64,000 nt of DNA from NCBI GenBank assembly GCA_963555825.3, contig CAUVXB020000001.1, forward strand, positions 2,048,001 through 2,112,000, given 5' to 3'. Below the pieces are notes generated by a model, which ran no database searches, was not told where the DNA came from, and saw nothing but the letters and a program-made list of their open reading frames with translations. The DNA is from Alphaproteobacteria bacterium (GTDB taxonomy: Bacteria > Pseudomonadota > Alphaproteobacteria > JAAXGF01). This document shows, piece after piece, positions 21,621 to 30,675 of the stretch; within the stretch, counting starts at the first letter, position 1; each line of letters opens with the position of its first letter. The position numbers were made by a program, and so were the translations under genes.

Positions 21621-21733
21621 GAACGTTCAGCAAATCACCATATACTGCACCGATTGACGCCCCGATTGGGTATCGGCGGGGGTCCGCGGCCGACGCGGTT
21701 CGGCCGTCGCGGACGATCGACCGGGAGGACGAC

Positions 21734-22525
21734 ATGGCGGGACTCGAACGCAGCGACCGGGGCGCGGTACGCAGGCTCACGCTCAACCGGCCCGAGGCGC
21801 GCAACGCGCTCAATTTCGCATTGCTTCAGGCGCTGCGCGCGGAACTGGCCGCCGCCGCAGAGGCCGACGCCGGTGTCCGCTGCCTGATCCTGGCCGGTGC
21901 CGGCAAGGGCTTCTGCGCGAGCGCCGACGTGCGCGAGTGGTCCGCGCTCGCCGCAGCCGGCAACGACCGGCCCAAGGGCCGTGACTGGGTCGCCGAGGCG
22001 CACCGGCTGGTCGCCGAGCTGGCCGAATTTCCGCGCCCGACCATCGCGGTGATCAACGGCGCCGTCGCTGGCACCGGGGTCGACCTGGCGCTCGCCTGCG
22101 ATTTCCGCTTCGCCGCCGACGACGCGCGCTTCATCTGTTCGTACACGCGCATGGACTACCCGCCCGACGCCGGCGGCACCTGGCTGCTGCCGCGCGTGAT
22201 CGGCCCCGAGGCGGCCAAGCGCTTCGCCTTCACCGGCGCGCCGTGGGACGCACAGAAGGCGTTCGCCCGCGGCATGGTCGGCGAGGTCCACCCGGCCGCC
22301 GAAGTCCTCGCCGTGGCCGAGGCCTTCGCCGCCGAACTCGCGACCGGTCCGACGGTGGCGCAGATGCACGCCAAACGCCTGATCGACACCGCCCACATGC
22401 GCAGCCTCACCGAGCAGCTCGACGCCGAAACCCTCGCCGGCCGGGCCTGCAAGCAGACCGACGACGCCAAGGAAGCGATGCGCGCGGCGGTCGAGCGGCG
22501 CGCACCCGTCTTCATCGGCCGCTAG
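21734..22525 (+). CDS. enoyl-CoA hydratase/isomerase family protein
   Basis: LNRPEARNAL, FCASAD, LACDFR crotonase motifs. Confidence 0.9.
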   Translation: MAGLERSDRGAVRRLTLNRPEARNALNFALLQALRAELAAAAEADAGVRCLILAGAGKGFCASADVREWSALAAAGNDRPKGRDWVAEAHRLVAELAEFPRPTIAVINGAVAGTGVDLALACDFRFAADDARFICSYTRMDYPPDAGGTWLLPRVIGPEAAKRFAFTGAPWDAQKAFARGMVGEVHPAAEVLAVAEAFAAELATGPTVAQMHAKRLIDTAHMRSLTEQLDAETLAGRACKQTDDAKEAMRAAVERRAPVFIGR

Positions 22526-22542
22526 CCATAGGAGAACACGCC

Positions 22543-23703
22543 ATGGACTTCGCCCTGAGCACCGAGCAGAACCTCCTCGTCGACTCGCTGCGCGCCTTCA
22601 TCGAGCAGGAGCTCTACCCCTATGAGCAGGAGGTCGACCGCTCGGGCGAGGTGACGCCCGAGCTCGCCGCGCAGATCCGCGCGCGCGCCCTCGAGCAGGG
22701 TTTCTACGCCGCCAACATGCCCGAGGACGTCGGCGGCGCCGGCCTCGACACGGTGACGCTGGCGCTCGTCGAACGCGAGCTGGGCGCCGCGAGCTGGGCG
22801 CTTCAGACCCATGTCGGGCGGCCGTCGAAGATCCTGCTCGCCTGCCAGGACGATCAGGTCGAGCGCTACCTGATGCCCTGCGTGCGCGGCGAGAAGATCG
22901 AGTGCTTCGCGCTGACCGAACCGGGCGCGGGTTCCGACGTCATGTCGATGTCGACGCGCGCCGAGCCGGACGGCGACGGTTTCGTACTCAACGGCGCCAA
23001 GCATTTCATCAGCCATGCCGACATCGCCGACTTCGCCATCGTCTTCGCCGCTTCGGGCGAGACGGAGACGCCGCGCGGCCCGCGCAAGCTGATCACCGCC
23101 TTCCTGGTCGACAAGGGCACGCCCGGCTTCGACGTCGGCCGCGGGGCGGCCTGCGTCAGCAACCGCGGCTATCACCAGAACGAGCTGGTCTTCACCGACT
23201 GCCGGCTCGGGCCCGAGCAGGTCCTTGGCGAGGTGCACAAGGGCTTCGACATCGCCGGCGAATGGCTCTTCGACGGCCGGCTGATGGTCGCCGCCAACTG
23301 CGTCGGGCGGGCACGCCGGGTGCTCGACATGACGCTCGACTGGGCGGCGACGCGCAAGCAGTTCGGCCAGACGATCGGGCGCTTCCAGGGTGTCTCGTTC
23401 AAGCTCGCCGACATGGCGACCGAGCTGCACGCCGCCGAGATGATGACCTTCCACGGTGCCTGGCAGCACGACCAGGGCGCGCTGACCGACGAGGGCGCCG
23501 CGATGGCCAAGCTGTTCGCGACCGAGATGCTCGGCCGGGTCACCGACAACGCGGTGCAGATCTTCGGCGGCATGGGGCTGATGGAGGATCTGCCGATCGA
23601 GCGCTTCTGGCGCGACGCCCGGGTCGAGCGCATCTGGGAGGGCACCTCCGAAATCCAGCGCCACATCATCTCGCGCGCCATGCTGCGCCGGCTCGGCAGC
23701 TGA
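22543..23703 (+). CDS. acyl-CoA dehydrogenase
   Basis: FALTEPGAGSD, RKQFG, QIFGGMG, IWEGTSEIQR; GGAG RBS before ATG 22543. Confidence 0.94.
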   Translation: MDFALSTEQNLLVDSLRAFIEQELYPYEQEVDRSGEVTPELAAQIRARALEQGFYAANMPEDVGGAGLDTVTLALVERELGAASWALQTHVGRPSKILLACQDDQVERYLMPCVRGEKIECFALTEPGAGSDVMSMSTRAEPDGDGFVLNGAKHFISHADIADFAIVFAASGETETPRGPRKLITAFLVDKGTPGFDVGRGAACVSNRGYHQNELVFTDCRLGPEQVLGEVHKGFDIAGEWLFDGRLMVAANCVGRARRVLDMTLDWAATRKQFGQTIGRFQGVSFKLADMATELHAAEMMTFHGAWQHDQGALTDEGAAMAKLFATEMLGRVTDNAVQIFGGMGLMEDLPIERFWRDARVERIWEGTSEIQRHIISRAMLRRLGS

Positions 23704-23705
23704 CC

Positions 23706-24320
23706 GTGGCCGCACGCGCCGCCCGCACCGACGCCGCCGAGCGCCGCCAGGATCTGATCGCCGCGACCGTCCGCGCGATCGCCGAGCACGGCGTCGCCGA
23801 CTCGACGGTGGAGCGCATCTGCGCCGCCGCCGGCGTCTCGCGCGGCCTGATCAGCCACTATTTCGCCGGCAAGGCCGAGCTGTTGCTCGAGACATACCGC
23901 CAGCTTACCGACGAGCTGGGCCGCGAGACCGCTAGTGCGGCACGGGCGCGTGGCGACGACGCGCTCGGGCAGCTGCGTGCCGCGGTCGAGGTCTCGTTCC
24001 GGCCGCCCGTGTTCGAGGCCGACAAGCTGTCCGTCTGGCTCGCCTTCTGGAACGAGGCGCGCACCACGCCCGAACTCAATGCGCTCAACCGCGACCTCTA
24101 CCGTGGCTACCGCGCGGTGATCACTCGGCTGATGACCGAGGCGGCGCGCGAGCGCGGCGTCGCACTCGACGCGCACCGCGCGACCGTCGGGCTGACCGCC
24201 CTGATCGACGGCCTGTGGCTCGAATGGACGCTGGATGCGGAAGCCTTCTCGCCGGCCGAGGCCGAGGCGGTCTGCCAAGACTACCTCGACCGCCTGTTCG
24301 CCGCGCCGCCGGCATCGTGA
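23706..24320 (+). CDS. TetR-family regulator (BetI-like)
   Basis: HTH ICAAAGVSRGLISHYF and C-terminal ALIDGLWL. Confidence 0.88.
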   Translation: MAARAARTDAAERRQDLIAATVRAIAEHGVADSTVERICAAAGVSRGLISHYFAGKAELLLETYRQLTDELGRETASAARARGDDALGQLRAAVEVSFRPPVFEADKLSVWLAFWNEARTTPELNALNRDLYRGYRAVITRLMTEAARERGVALDAHRATVGLTALIDGLWLEWTLDAEAFSPAEAEAVCQDYLDRLFAAPPAS

Positions 24321-24368
24321 TAGCCTCGCCGCTCGATCACGAAAACGCCAGACCGGGAGCCGAGCGCA

Positions 24369-24863
24369 GTGACCGATGAATTCATGGTTCAGGCAATCGC
24401 CGAGGCGCGGGCGAGCTACCAGGAAGGCGGCCTGCCGATCGGTTCGCTGCTGGTCAAGGACGGCCGGGTGCTCGGTCGCGGCCGCAACATGCTCTATCAA
24501 AACAGCGATCCAACCGGCCACGCCGAAATGGAGGCCTATCGAGACGCCGCGCGGCGCGCCGCCGAGACGCACACACCCAACGAGATCGAAGCGCTGGTCA
24601 TCGGCGGCACCGTCTACACGACGATGATGCCCTGCGAGATGTGCGCCGGCGCGATCATACGCTTCCAGGCCACGCGGGTCGTCGTCGCCGAGACGCGCAG
24701 CTACCGGCCCTCGGCGACCCAGCGGCTGATGGAGATGCAGGGCATCGAGGTCGTCGTGCTCGACGAAGCGGACTCGGTCGCGCTGGTCGAGACTTACTAT
24801 GCCGAGCATCCGGACAAACGAGAGGCGTGGATGTCGCCATGCGAGCCCGACTTACAGCTTTAG
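24369..24863 (+). CDS. zinc-dependent nucleoside/cytosine deaminase
   Basis: EGGLPIG, HAE, PCEMC motifs. Confidence 0.88.
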   Translation: MTDEFMVQAIAEARASYQEGGLPIGSLLVKDGRVLGRGRNMLYQNSDPTGHAEMEAYRDAARRAAETHTPNEIEALVIGGTVYTTMMPCEMCAGAIIRFQATRVVVAETRSYRPSATQRLMEMQGIEVVVLDEADSVALVETYYAEHPDKREAWMSPCEPDLQL

Positions 24864-25579
24864 GCGCGCCGCTTGGCGTCGCGGCGGCCGTGTTCCTGCT
24901 GTGCGCCGGGCCGGCGCGCGCCGAGGCCGAGGTCGACCTTCAATTGATCCTGGCGATCGATTCGTCGGCGAGTATCGATACGCAAGAGTTCGACCTGCAA
25001 ATGGCCGGCATCGCCGCAGCGTTTCGCGACGGCGAGGTCGTCGAGGCGATCCGCTCGGGTCCCTTCGGGCGGATCGCCGTTGCCGCCATATTCTGGGCCG
25101 AGGCGGGCTACCCGATCGACGCGACGCCGTGGTACGTCGTCGGCGACGCCGCCAGCGCAGTCGTCTTCGCTCGGACCATCGCGCTTTGGCCGCGCCGGGT
25201 CGAGGGCGGCACCGGCATCGGCAGCGCGATCTTCACCGGCGTCAAGATGCTCGAGGCCAGCGGATATATCAGCCCACGCCAGGTCATCGACCTCTCGGGC
25301 GACGGCCGCGAGACGACCATGCGCGAGTTCCGCATCACGCCGAGCCTGGCGCGCAACATGGCGGCGGGCCGCGGCATCACGGTCAACGGCCTGGCGATCC
25401 TGGACGACGAACCCGACCTCGGCGCCTATTACCGCCACGAGGTGATCGGCGGTCCGGGCGCCTTCGTCGAGATCGCCGACACGATCGACGACTTCGCCCG
25501 GGCGATGCGCGTCAAGCTGTTGCGCGAGATCGAACACCGCCCGGTGGTCGGCCAGATCGCCGCCCCGCCCGCGTCCTGA
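24839..25579 (+). CDS. DUF1194 vWA-like secreted protein
   Basis: Signal peptide, LAIDSSASI, IDLSGDG, VIGGPGAFV, KLLREI. Confidence 0.85.
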   Translation: MRARLTALGAPLGVAAAVFLLCAGPARAEAEVDLQLILAIDSSASIDTQEFDLQMAGIAAAFRDGEVVEAIRSGPFGRIAVAAIFWAEAGYPIDATPWYVVGDAASAVVFARTIALWPRRVEGGTGIGSAIFTGVKMLEASGYISPRQVIDLSGDGRETTMREFRITPSLARNMAAGRGITVNGLAILDDEPDLGAYYRHEVIGGPGAFVEIADTIDDFARAMRVKLLREIEHRPVVGQIAAPPAS

Positions 25580-25602
25580 CCCAGCTCGAAAGCGAGACGA
25601 CC

Positions 25603-26607
25603 ATGACCGAAGGCCTCACGACGCCGCTCACCGATCTCCTCGGCATCGCCGCGCCGATCGTCCAGGCGCCGATCAGCGACCTCGTCCGGCCACCGCTCGT
25701 CGCGGCGGTATCGAACGCCGGCGGCCTCGGCGTCCATCCCTTTTCCTGGAGCGAGCCTGCGACGCTTGACGGCATCATCGCGGAGACCCGCGCGCTGACG
25801 GCCAAGCCGTTCGCCGTCAACCTCGCGCTCTACCTCGATCAGGACGAGCGCCTCGGCGTCTGCCTCGACGCCGGTGTCGCTTTGGTCTCCTTCTTCTGGG
25901 GCGATTCCAGCCAGTTGGTCGGTCGCGTGCATGCCGCCGGCGCCAAGGCGATCCAGACGGTGGCGAGCGCCGACGAGACGAAGCGCGCGGTCGACACCGG
26001 CGTCGACGTCATCGTCGCCCAGGGCTGGGAGGCAGGCGGCCACGTCCGGGGTGAGGTCGGCTCGATGGCGCTGATCCCCGCCGTCGTCGACGCGGCCGGT
26101 GACGTGCCCGTCATTGCCGCCGGCGGCATCGCCGACGGCCGCGGTCTCGCCGCGGCGCTCATGCTCGGCGCCGCCGGCGTCTGGATGGGCACCCGCTTCG
26201 TCGCGAGCCGCGAGGCCGTCACCCATCCCGGCTACCTCGACCGCCTTGTCGAGGCGCGCGAAAACGAGACCGAGATCGGCACCCTGTTCGATCTCGGCTG
26301 GCCCGATGCGCCCCACCGGACGCTGCGCAACAGCACCATCGAAGCGTGGCGCGCCGCCGGCTCGCCGCCCTCCGGCGCGCGCCCCGGCGAGGGCGAGCCG
26401 GTCGCAGCCTACGCCGACGGCAGTCCGATCCTCCGCTACGAGCATGAGCCGCCGGCCAATGACATGACGGGCGACTGGGAGGCCATGACGCTCTTCGCCG
26501 GGCAGGGCGTCGCCTTGGTCGGCGACGTCAAGCCGGCGGCCGACATCGTCGCCGACACCGTCGCCGAGGCGCGCCGTGTGCTGGCGCGCTGGGCAGGGGC
26601 GGCATAG
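25603..26607 (+). CDS. nitronate monooxygenase family flavoprotein
   Basis: PIVQAP, AVSNAGGLG, QGWEAGGH, AAGGIADGRG, MGTRF. Confidence 0.9.
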   Translation: MTEGLTTPLTDLLGIAAPIVQAPISDLVRPPLVAAVSNAGGLGVHPFSWSEPATLDGIIAETRALTAKPFAVNLALYLDQDERLGVCLDAGVALVSFFWGDSSQLVGRVHAAGAKAIQTVASADETKRAVDTGVDVIVAQGWEAGGHVRGEVGSMALIPAVVDAAGDVPVIAAGGIADGRGLAAALMLGAAGVWMGTRFVASREAVTHPGYLDRLVEARENETEIGTLFDLGWPDAPHRTLRNSTIEAWRAAGSPPSGARPGEGEPVAAYADGSPILRYEHEPPANDMTGDWEAMTLFAGQGVALVGDVKPAADIVADTVAEARRVLARWAGAA

Positions 26608-26727
26608 CCACGCCATGACCGGCGCGCGCGATCGAAAAGCCCGCGACTTTCGAGCTCCCGACCGGCTATCGTGGCCGCCGACGCGCTGGTGCGAATTGCC
26701 GATCAATAATTCCAACAAGGAGAGACC

Positions 26728-27540
26728 ATGAGTGACATCGTCAGGACCACGCGCCGCGGCAAGGTGCTGGAAATCGTCTTCGACCGACCGCCGGTCAACG
26801 CCATCAACCGGGCCGCGAGCCGCGCGCTTTACGGCGCCTTCGCCGAGCTGCGCGACGACCCCGATCTGATCATCGGTATCGTCACCGGCACCGGCGACAA
26901 GGTCTTCTCGGCCGGCTGGGACCTCAGGGAAGCGTCGACGCCCGGCTACGACACGATCGACGAGAACGATCCCGAGCAAGGCTCGGGTGGCGGCGGCTTC
27001 GCCGGCAATACCGAGCTGTGGGACTGCCACAAGCCGCTGATCGCCGCCGTCAACGGCGTCGCGGTCGGCGGCGGATTTGAGCTGGCGCTCGGTTGTGACC
27101 TGATGGTCGCCGCCGAGCACGCCACCTTCGGCCTGCCTGAGATGCAGCGCGGTCTGCTCGCCGACGCCGGCGCGATCCAGCGCCTGCCCCGGCGCATTCC
27201 TTACAATGTCTGTATGGAGCTGTTGCTGACCGGACGCTGGATGAGCGCCGCCGAGGCCATGCAATGGGGCCTCGTCAACCGTGTCGTGCCTGCCGACAAG
27301 CTGATGGACGAAGCGCGCGCTTTGGCCAACGAGATCGCCGAAGGCGCCCCGCTCGCCATGCAGGCGCTCAAGGCGATCATGCAGGAGATCGAGATGCTGC
27401 CGCTCCGTCAAGCCATGGCGAAGTCCAAGAAGGGTAAGAGCGGCGTCGACGCCTACGAACGCATGGCCCAATCCGAGGACTACCTAGAGGGCCCCCTCGC
27501 CTTCACCGAAAAGCGCAAGCCCAATTGGAAGGGCCGCTAG
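26728..27540 (+). CDS. caiD: carnitinyl-CoA dehydratase-like crotonase
   Basis: FSAGWDL, GGFAGNTE, ADAGAIQRLPRRIPYN, EGPLAFTEKRKPNWKGR. Confidence 0.75.
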   Translation: MSDIVRTTRRGKVLEIVFDRPPVNAINRAASRALYGAFAELRDDPDLIIGIVTGTGDKVFSAGWDLREASTPGYDTIDENDPEQGSGGGGFAGNTELWDCHKPLIAAVNGVAVGGGFELALGCDLMVAAEHATFGLPEMQRGLLADAGAIQRLPRRIPYNVCMELLLTGRWMSAAEAMQWGLVNRVVPADKLMDEARALANEIAEGAPLAMQALKAIMQEIEMLPLRQAMAKSKKGKSGVDAYERMAQSEDYLEGPLAFTEKRKPNWKGR

Positions 27541-27568
27541 GCGCTGAAGCCACCGAGGAATTTGCGCC

Positions 27569-27597
27569 GTAGGGGCGGGTTTCAAACCCGCCCCTGC
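27569..27597 (+). repeat. GTAG-type REP palindrome
   Basis: GTAGGGGCGGGTTT-C-AAACCCGCCCCTGC. Confidence 0.75.
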
Positions 27598-27617
27598 AAA
27601 CATCGTAACCCTGTGAT

Positions 27618-27795
27618 TCAAAGCGACTGTAGCCGTCGCCGTACGCGGATCTGCATGAGCATGGCGACGACGGCGAGCGCGAGCGCGAGGCCCGACCAGA
27701 CGCCGACGCCTTCGTAGCCGAGGCCGAAGCCGAGGGCGGGCAGGCGGCGCCACCGACCAGCCGGTAGCCGGCGGGCGCAATGGCCAGCGCGGCGC
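27618..27795 (-). pseudogene. C-terminal remnant of a MATE efflux transporter
   Basis: AIAPAGYRLVG / LGFGLGYEGVGVWSGLALALAVVAMLMQIR* (one frameshift) matches the last two MATE helices (GYWLVG...G.GG.G.W.GL). Confidence 0.6.
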
Positions 27796-27960
27796 CTACG
27801 CGCCGACTTCCCCGTCCCGCGCCTCGTCTTCGTCCGGGTCGGGGTCGCCTAGCTCGCCGTCCTCTGGCCCCTGCCCGTCCTCGGCCTCGACCTGCTTTTG
27901 CTTGGCGCGCCACTTGCGCCGCCAGGCCTCCTTGTCGCCGCTGTATTCCTTGGGCAGCAT
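27796..27960 (-). CDS. small hypothetical protein (54 aa, basic then acidic)
   Basis: MLPKEYSGDKEAWRRKWRAK...; host-like codons; ATG 4 nt after the displaced racemase stop. Confidence 0.5.
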   Translation of the reverse strand: MLPKEYSGDKEAWRRKWRAKQKQVEAEDGQGPEDGELGDPDPDEDEARDGEVGA

Positions 27961-27964
27961 GGCG

Positions 27965-28013
27965 TTACGCCACCTCGCTGATTTGGTGTTCGGCCGCCTC
28001 GAGCCAGGCGGGG
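27965..28013 (-). repeat. displaced duplicate of the mandelate-racemase-family gene 3' end
   Basis: 44/49 identical to 30676-30724; PAWLEAAEHQISEVA* versus PAWLEAAEHQVSEVA*. Confidence 0.93.
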
Positions 28014-28120
28014 AAACAAATTGCAACTTTGTATATTGATAAGACCATTCAAAATCGCCACGTCATCGACGGAATGTTGGCCAATGTGCGTCAGTTAAAC
28101 AAATACGGGAAGCAGTAGAC

Positions 28121-29098
28121 ATGACCAATCAAACCTGCCCGATTTGGGGAACCCCGGCAACGTATATCGGACACATTGGACCGACGGATTCCGAACTGTG
28201 GGATTCGCCGCGCGCAGGAGGTCGGTTCGTAGTAACAGCAGAGGCAGTGGCGGAGGTCGGCGATGTACCAGATGGCGACAAAATTCGACTGACGACGTGG
28301 ATTGTGAATCAAAATCGGTTGAGTTCTACCCCGCCAGCAGTTGCATTGGGGGATATTGATAGGATTAAGGCTGATCGTGATCTTACCGTCTTGGAGCGGC
28401 GTGACGCGCTATTGACCTATCTTCAACGGAAGGAGACACGAATTGGTTCTGGTGTACAAGTCGGCGGTACCGTCAGCAAAGAATATCTAGTTTCTCAAGC
28501 CGAGCTTCTAGCCTGGACCGGCTCTCTAGACCACAAAGAGGTGTACTACCTCATCGATTCTAGCGTCGATACTGGACATACAAAACTAATTAAATCTCCA
28601 CAACCAACGCTACGTTTAACGACTCACGGGTATGAATATCTCCAAAATCTTCAGTCCGTTCAGAGTAGCTCAGAACAAGCATTCGTTGCGATGTGGTTCG
28701 ATGAAACCATGAGACAGGCATACGACATGGGATTTCACACTGCGATTACCGATACCGGGTATAGACCGAAGCGCATCGATCGGAAGGAACACATAACCAA
28801 GATTGACGATGAAATTGTCGCCGAAATCCGCCGATCGCGTTTCGTTGTCGCTGATTTTACGTCGGAACCCGACAACCCACGAGGCGGCGTCTATTTCGAG
28901 GCCGGGTTCGCTTACGAATTACAAATACCTGTAATTTGGACGTGCCGAGATGATCTAATTCATCACGTTCATTTTGATACGCGCCAGTTCAATCATATAG
29001 TCTGGTCGGCCCCGGACGATCTCTATACCAAGCTCAAAAATCGCATTGGCGCCGTCATCGGTGAGGGTCCGTTGACCAAAGTCACGATCGAACACTGA
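28121..29098 (+). CDS. nucleoside 2-deoxyribosyltransferase/TIR-like domain protein (islet cargo)
   Basis: C-terminal AFVAMWF...IDDEIVAEIRRSRFVVADFT...RGGVYFEAGFA...HFDTRQFNHI; low GC. Confidence 0.8.
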   Translation: MTNQTCPIWGTPATYIGHIGPTDSELWDSPRAGGRFVVTAEAVAEVGDVPDGDKIRLTTWIVNQNRLSSTPPAVALGDIDRIKADRDLTVLERRDALLTYLQRKETRIGSGVQVGGTVSKEYLVSQAELLAWTGSLDHKEVYYLIDSSVDTGHTKLIKSPQPTLRLTTHGYEYLQNLQSVQSSSEQAFVAMWFDETMRQAYDMGFHTAITDTGYRPKRIDRKEHITKIDDEIVAEIRRSRFVVADFTSEPDNPRGGVYFEAGFAYELQIPVIWTCRDDLIHHVHFDTRQFNHIVWSAPDDLYTKLKNRIGAVIGEGPLTKVTIEH

Positions 29099-29183
29099 CC
29101 GCTTCACCAAGCGTTCAGTCATCGCAGAACAATTTCGCGATACAAAGCGATATTCGACGGTAAACTAATCTGGGTTTGAGTAG

Positions 29184-29909
29184 TCAAATGCCGGGAAAAA
29201 GGGGTAACTCCTCGCCTGCAGGGGTACGGCGACGTTTTTGGTCTGCAGGTGCGATCTTTACCGCCATATCAAAGCCAGAAAAGAAGATAGTCAGTAGATC
29301 ACGCGCTTCCTTTGATTCAAACGTCGGCAGGCCGCTTTGATGGCAAACTTTGGCGGTTCTCGCTCCATCATCGTCGACACTGAAATCTATAAACTCAATC
29401 GGAAAACCAGCCACTTCTCCTCGGGCGAATGCCCGTCGTACGATCCAGGAATAAAACGACCATTGCCGTGGAGTAAGTACAAAACTCTTCCTCGGTTGCG
29501 GCACTAATATGGTCGGTCCAGATTCTCGCAAGATCAAGGGGCCAGGCCGAATGGTCGTCATCAACCTAGGCGCAGGTCTCAATTGCAAGCGCTTGGTTGA
29601 AAGTGGGACTGCTCGGAATTTGCCACCGCCGTATTTACGATAAAGGCACCGAGCGACATCTACATTGTGGTCCCGGCCCTTCTTGTGTCCTCAATTAGCA
29701 CAAGTTGCCGCCGCCTCATCCTCACTTCGACATTTCGAAACGATGTCATGGCTGGCATCAACAAACGGACCATACCCCCAAACCGGTGGCCGCTTCCAAA
29801 ACTCCAAAAGGTTTTCAGCAGTAGCTTTGGCGTTCGAATCTTCGGTTGAATATGTGCTCGCAACCAAACGAGCGATATCCTGCGCTGGGGGAGCTGATCT
29901 ACTGGCCAT
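29184..29909 (-). pseudogene. socB: SocB-like type VI TA toxin interrupted by an in-frame TGA
   Basis: The two listed ORFs are one frame split only by TGA at 29691-29693; motifs DIARL, RPPVWGYGP, PQPRK..LT, R.AKV...LPTFE resemble SocB; downstream of a SocA-like gene. Confidence 0.6.
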
Positions 29910-30033
29910 GTACTTTTCGACGGTCGATGGGGAAAAATCGCTGATAGTGTAGTCGGAGAACGAGATAATTACCACATATAGCGTGGCGAGTCGATTCGGA
30001 ATGCGCCCTATTTGTTCTCAAATTCCGCCTGTA

Positions 30034-30534
30034 TCAATGAATTTTATGTACGCTGTCCACAGATTGAAAATGTTGGAAAATCAAATCATCGTCAATGATA
30101 TCGCCGGGCGCAACAATCTTGTCATTGAATACAGCGTCCCAAGGACCACCAGATGCATGAGTTAGGTCAACTAAATGAAATGTAGTAATTTTCGAATAAT
30201 ATAAAAATATTTCTTCGACGAGGTATTTTTCTGACGAATTGAACTCTGGTCGCGATTCTACGCTGAGAGATGTTTCGAAATCGAATATCTCGGCTCGTCC
30301 CGTGATCGGACTCGCGCTTGGCGTTTCGCGAAACGCTTCGTACACCAGTCTAATCACTGGTCCATAATTCCATGCTTCGAACGATTGCCGAATAAGTGGT
30401 CCTGAATTCCGGGCAAGCCACCACCCGTGCGTGAAGTAGAGCAACTTTTGAAGGTGCAACATAGTAAGCGGACGTGAATATTGATCTGACAAGTCTAAAA
30501 GATGGTTCGCGACCGCACGTGCATCATGCGCCAT
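30034..30534 (-). CDS. socA: Panacea/DUF4065 (SocA-like) antitoxin
   Basis: AVANHLL, LQKLLYFTHG, FEAWNYGPV, LTHASGGPW. Confidence 0.85.
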   Translation of the reverse strand: MAHDARAVANHLLDLSDQYSRPLTMLHLQKLLYFTHGWWLARNSGPLIRQSFEAWNYGPVIRLVYEAFRETPSASPITGRAEIFDFETSLSVESRPEFNSSEKYLVEEIFLYYSKITTFHLVDLTHASGGPWDAVFNDKIVAPGDIIDDDLIFQHFQSVDSVHKIH

Positions 30535-30675
30535 GAGTCAAAGACCTTTGCCAGTCCACATTACAAGGTTAACGATAAAATATTGTTTTAGCCAGAAATT
30601 TGGAGCGATTTTTCAAGAGAGTCCTTCCTATCGATCCCGGTTTGGCAAAGTGAGATGGAGTTCCAAATCACTCAA

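Noticed and set aside
22505-27540. Similar ends of the two crotonases (PVFIGR*, PNWKGR*) as another 3' duplication
   Set aside because: This is the ordinary family C-terminal motif of paralogues.
29691-29693. Selenocysteine recoding of the TGA
   Set aside because: No redox-motif context or convincing SECIS-like hairpin; a nonsense mutation in a toxin is more parsimonious.
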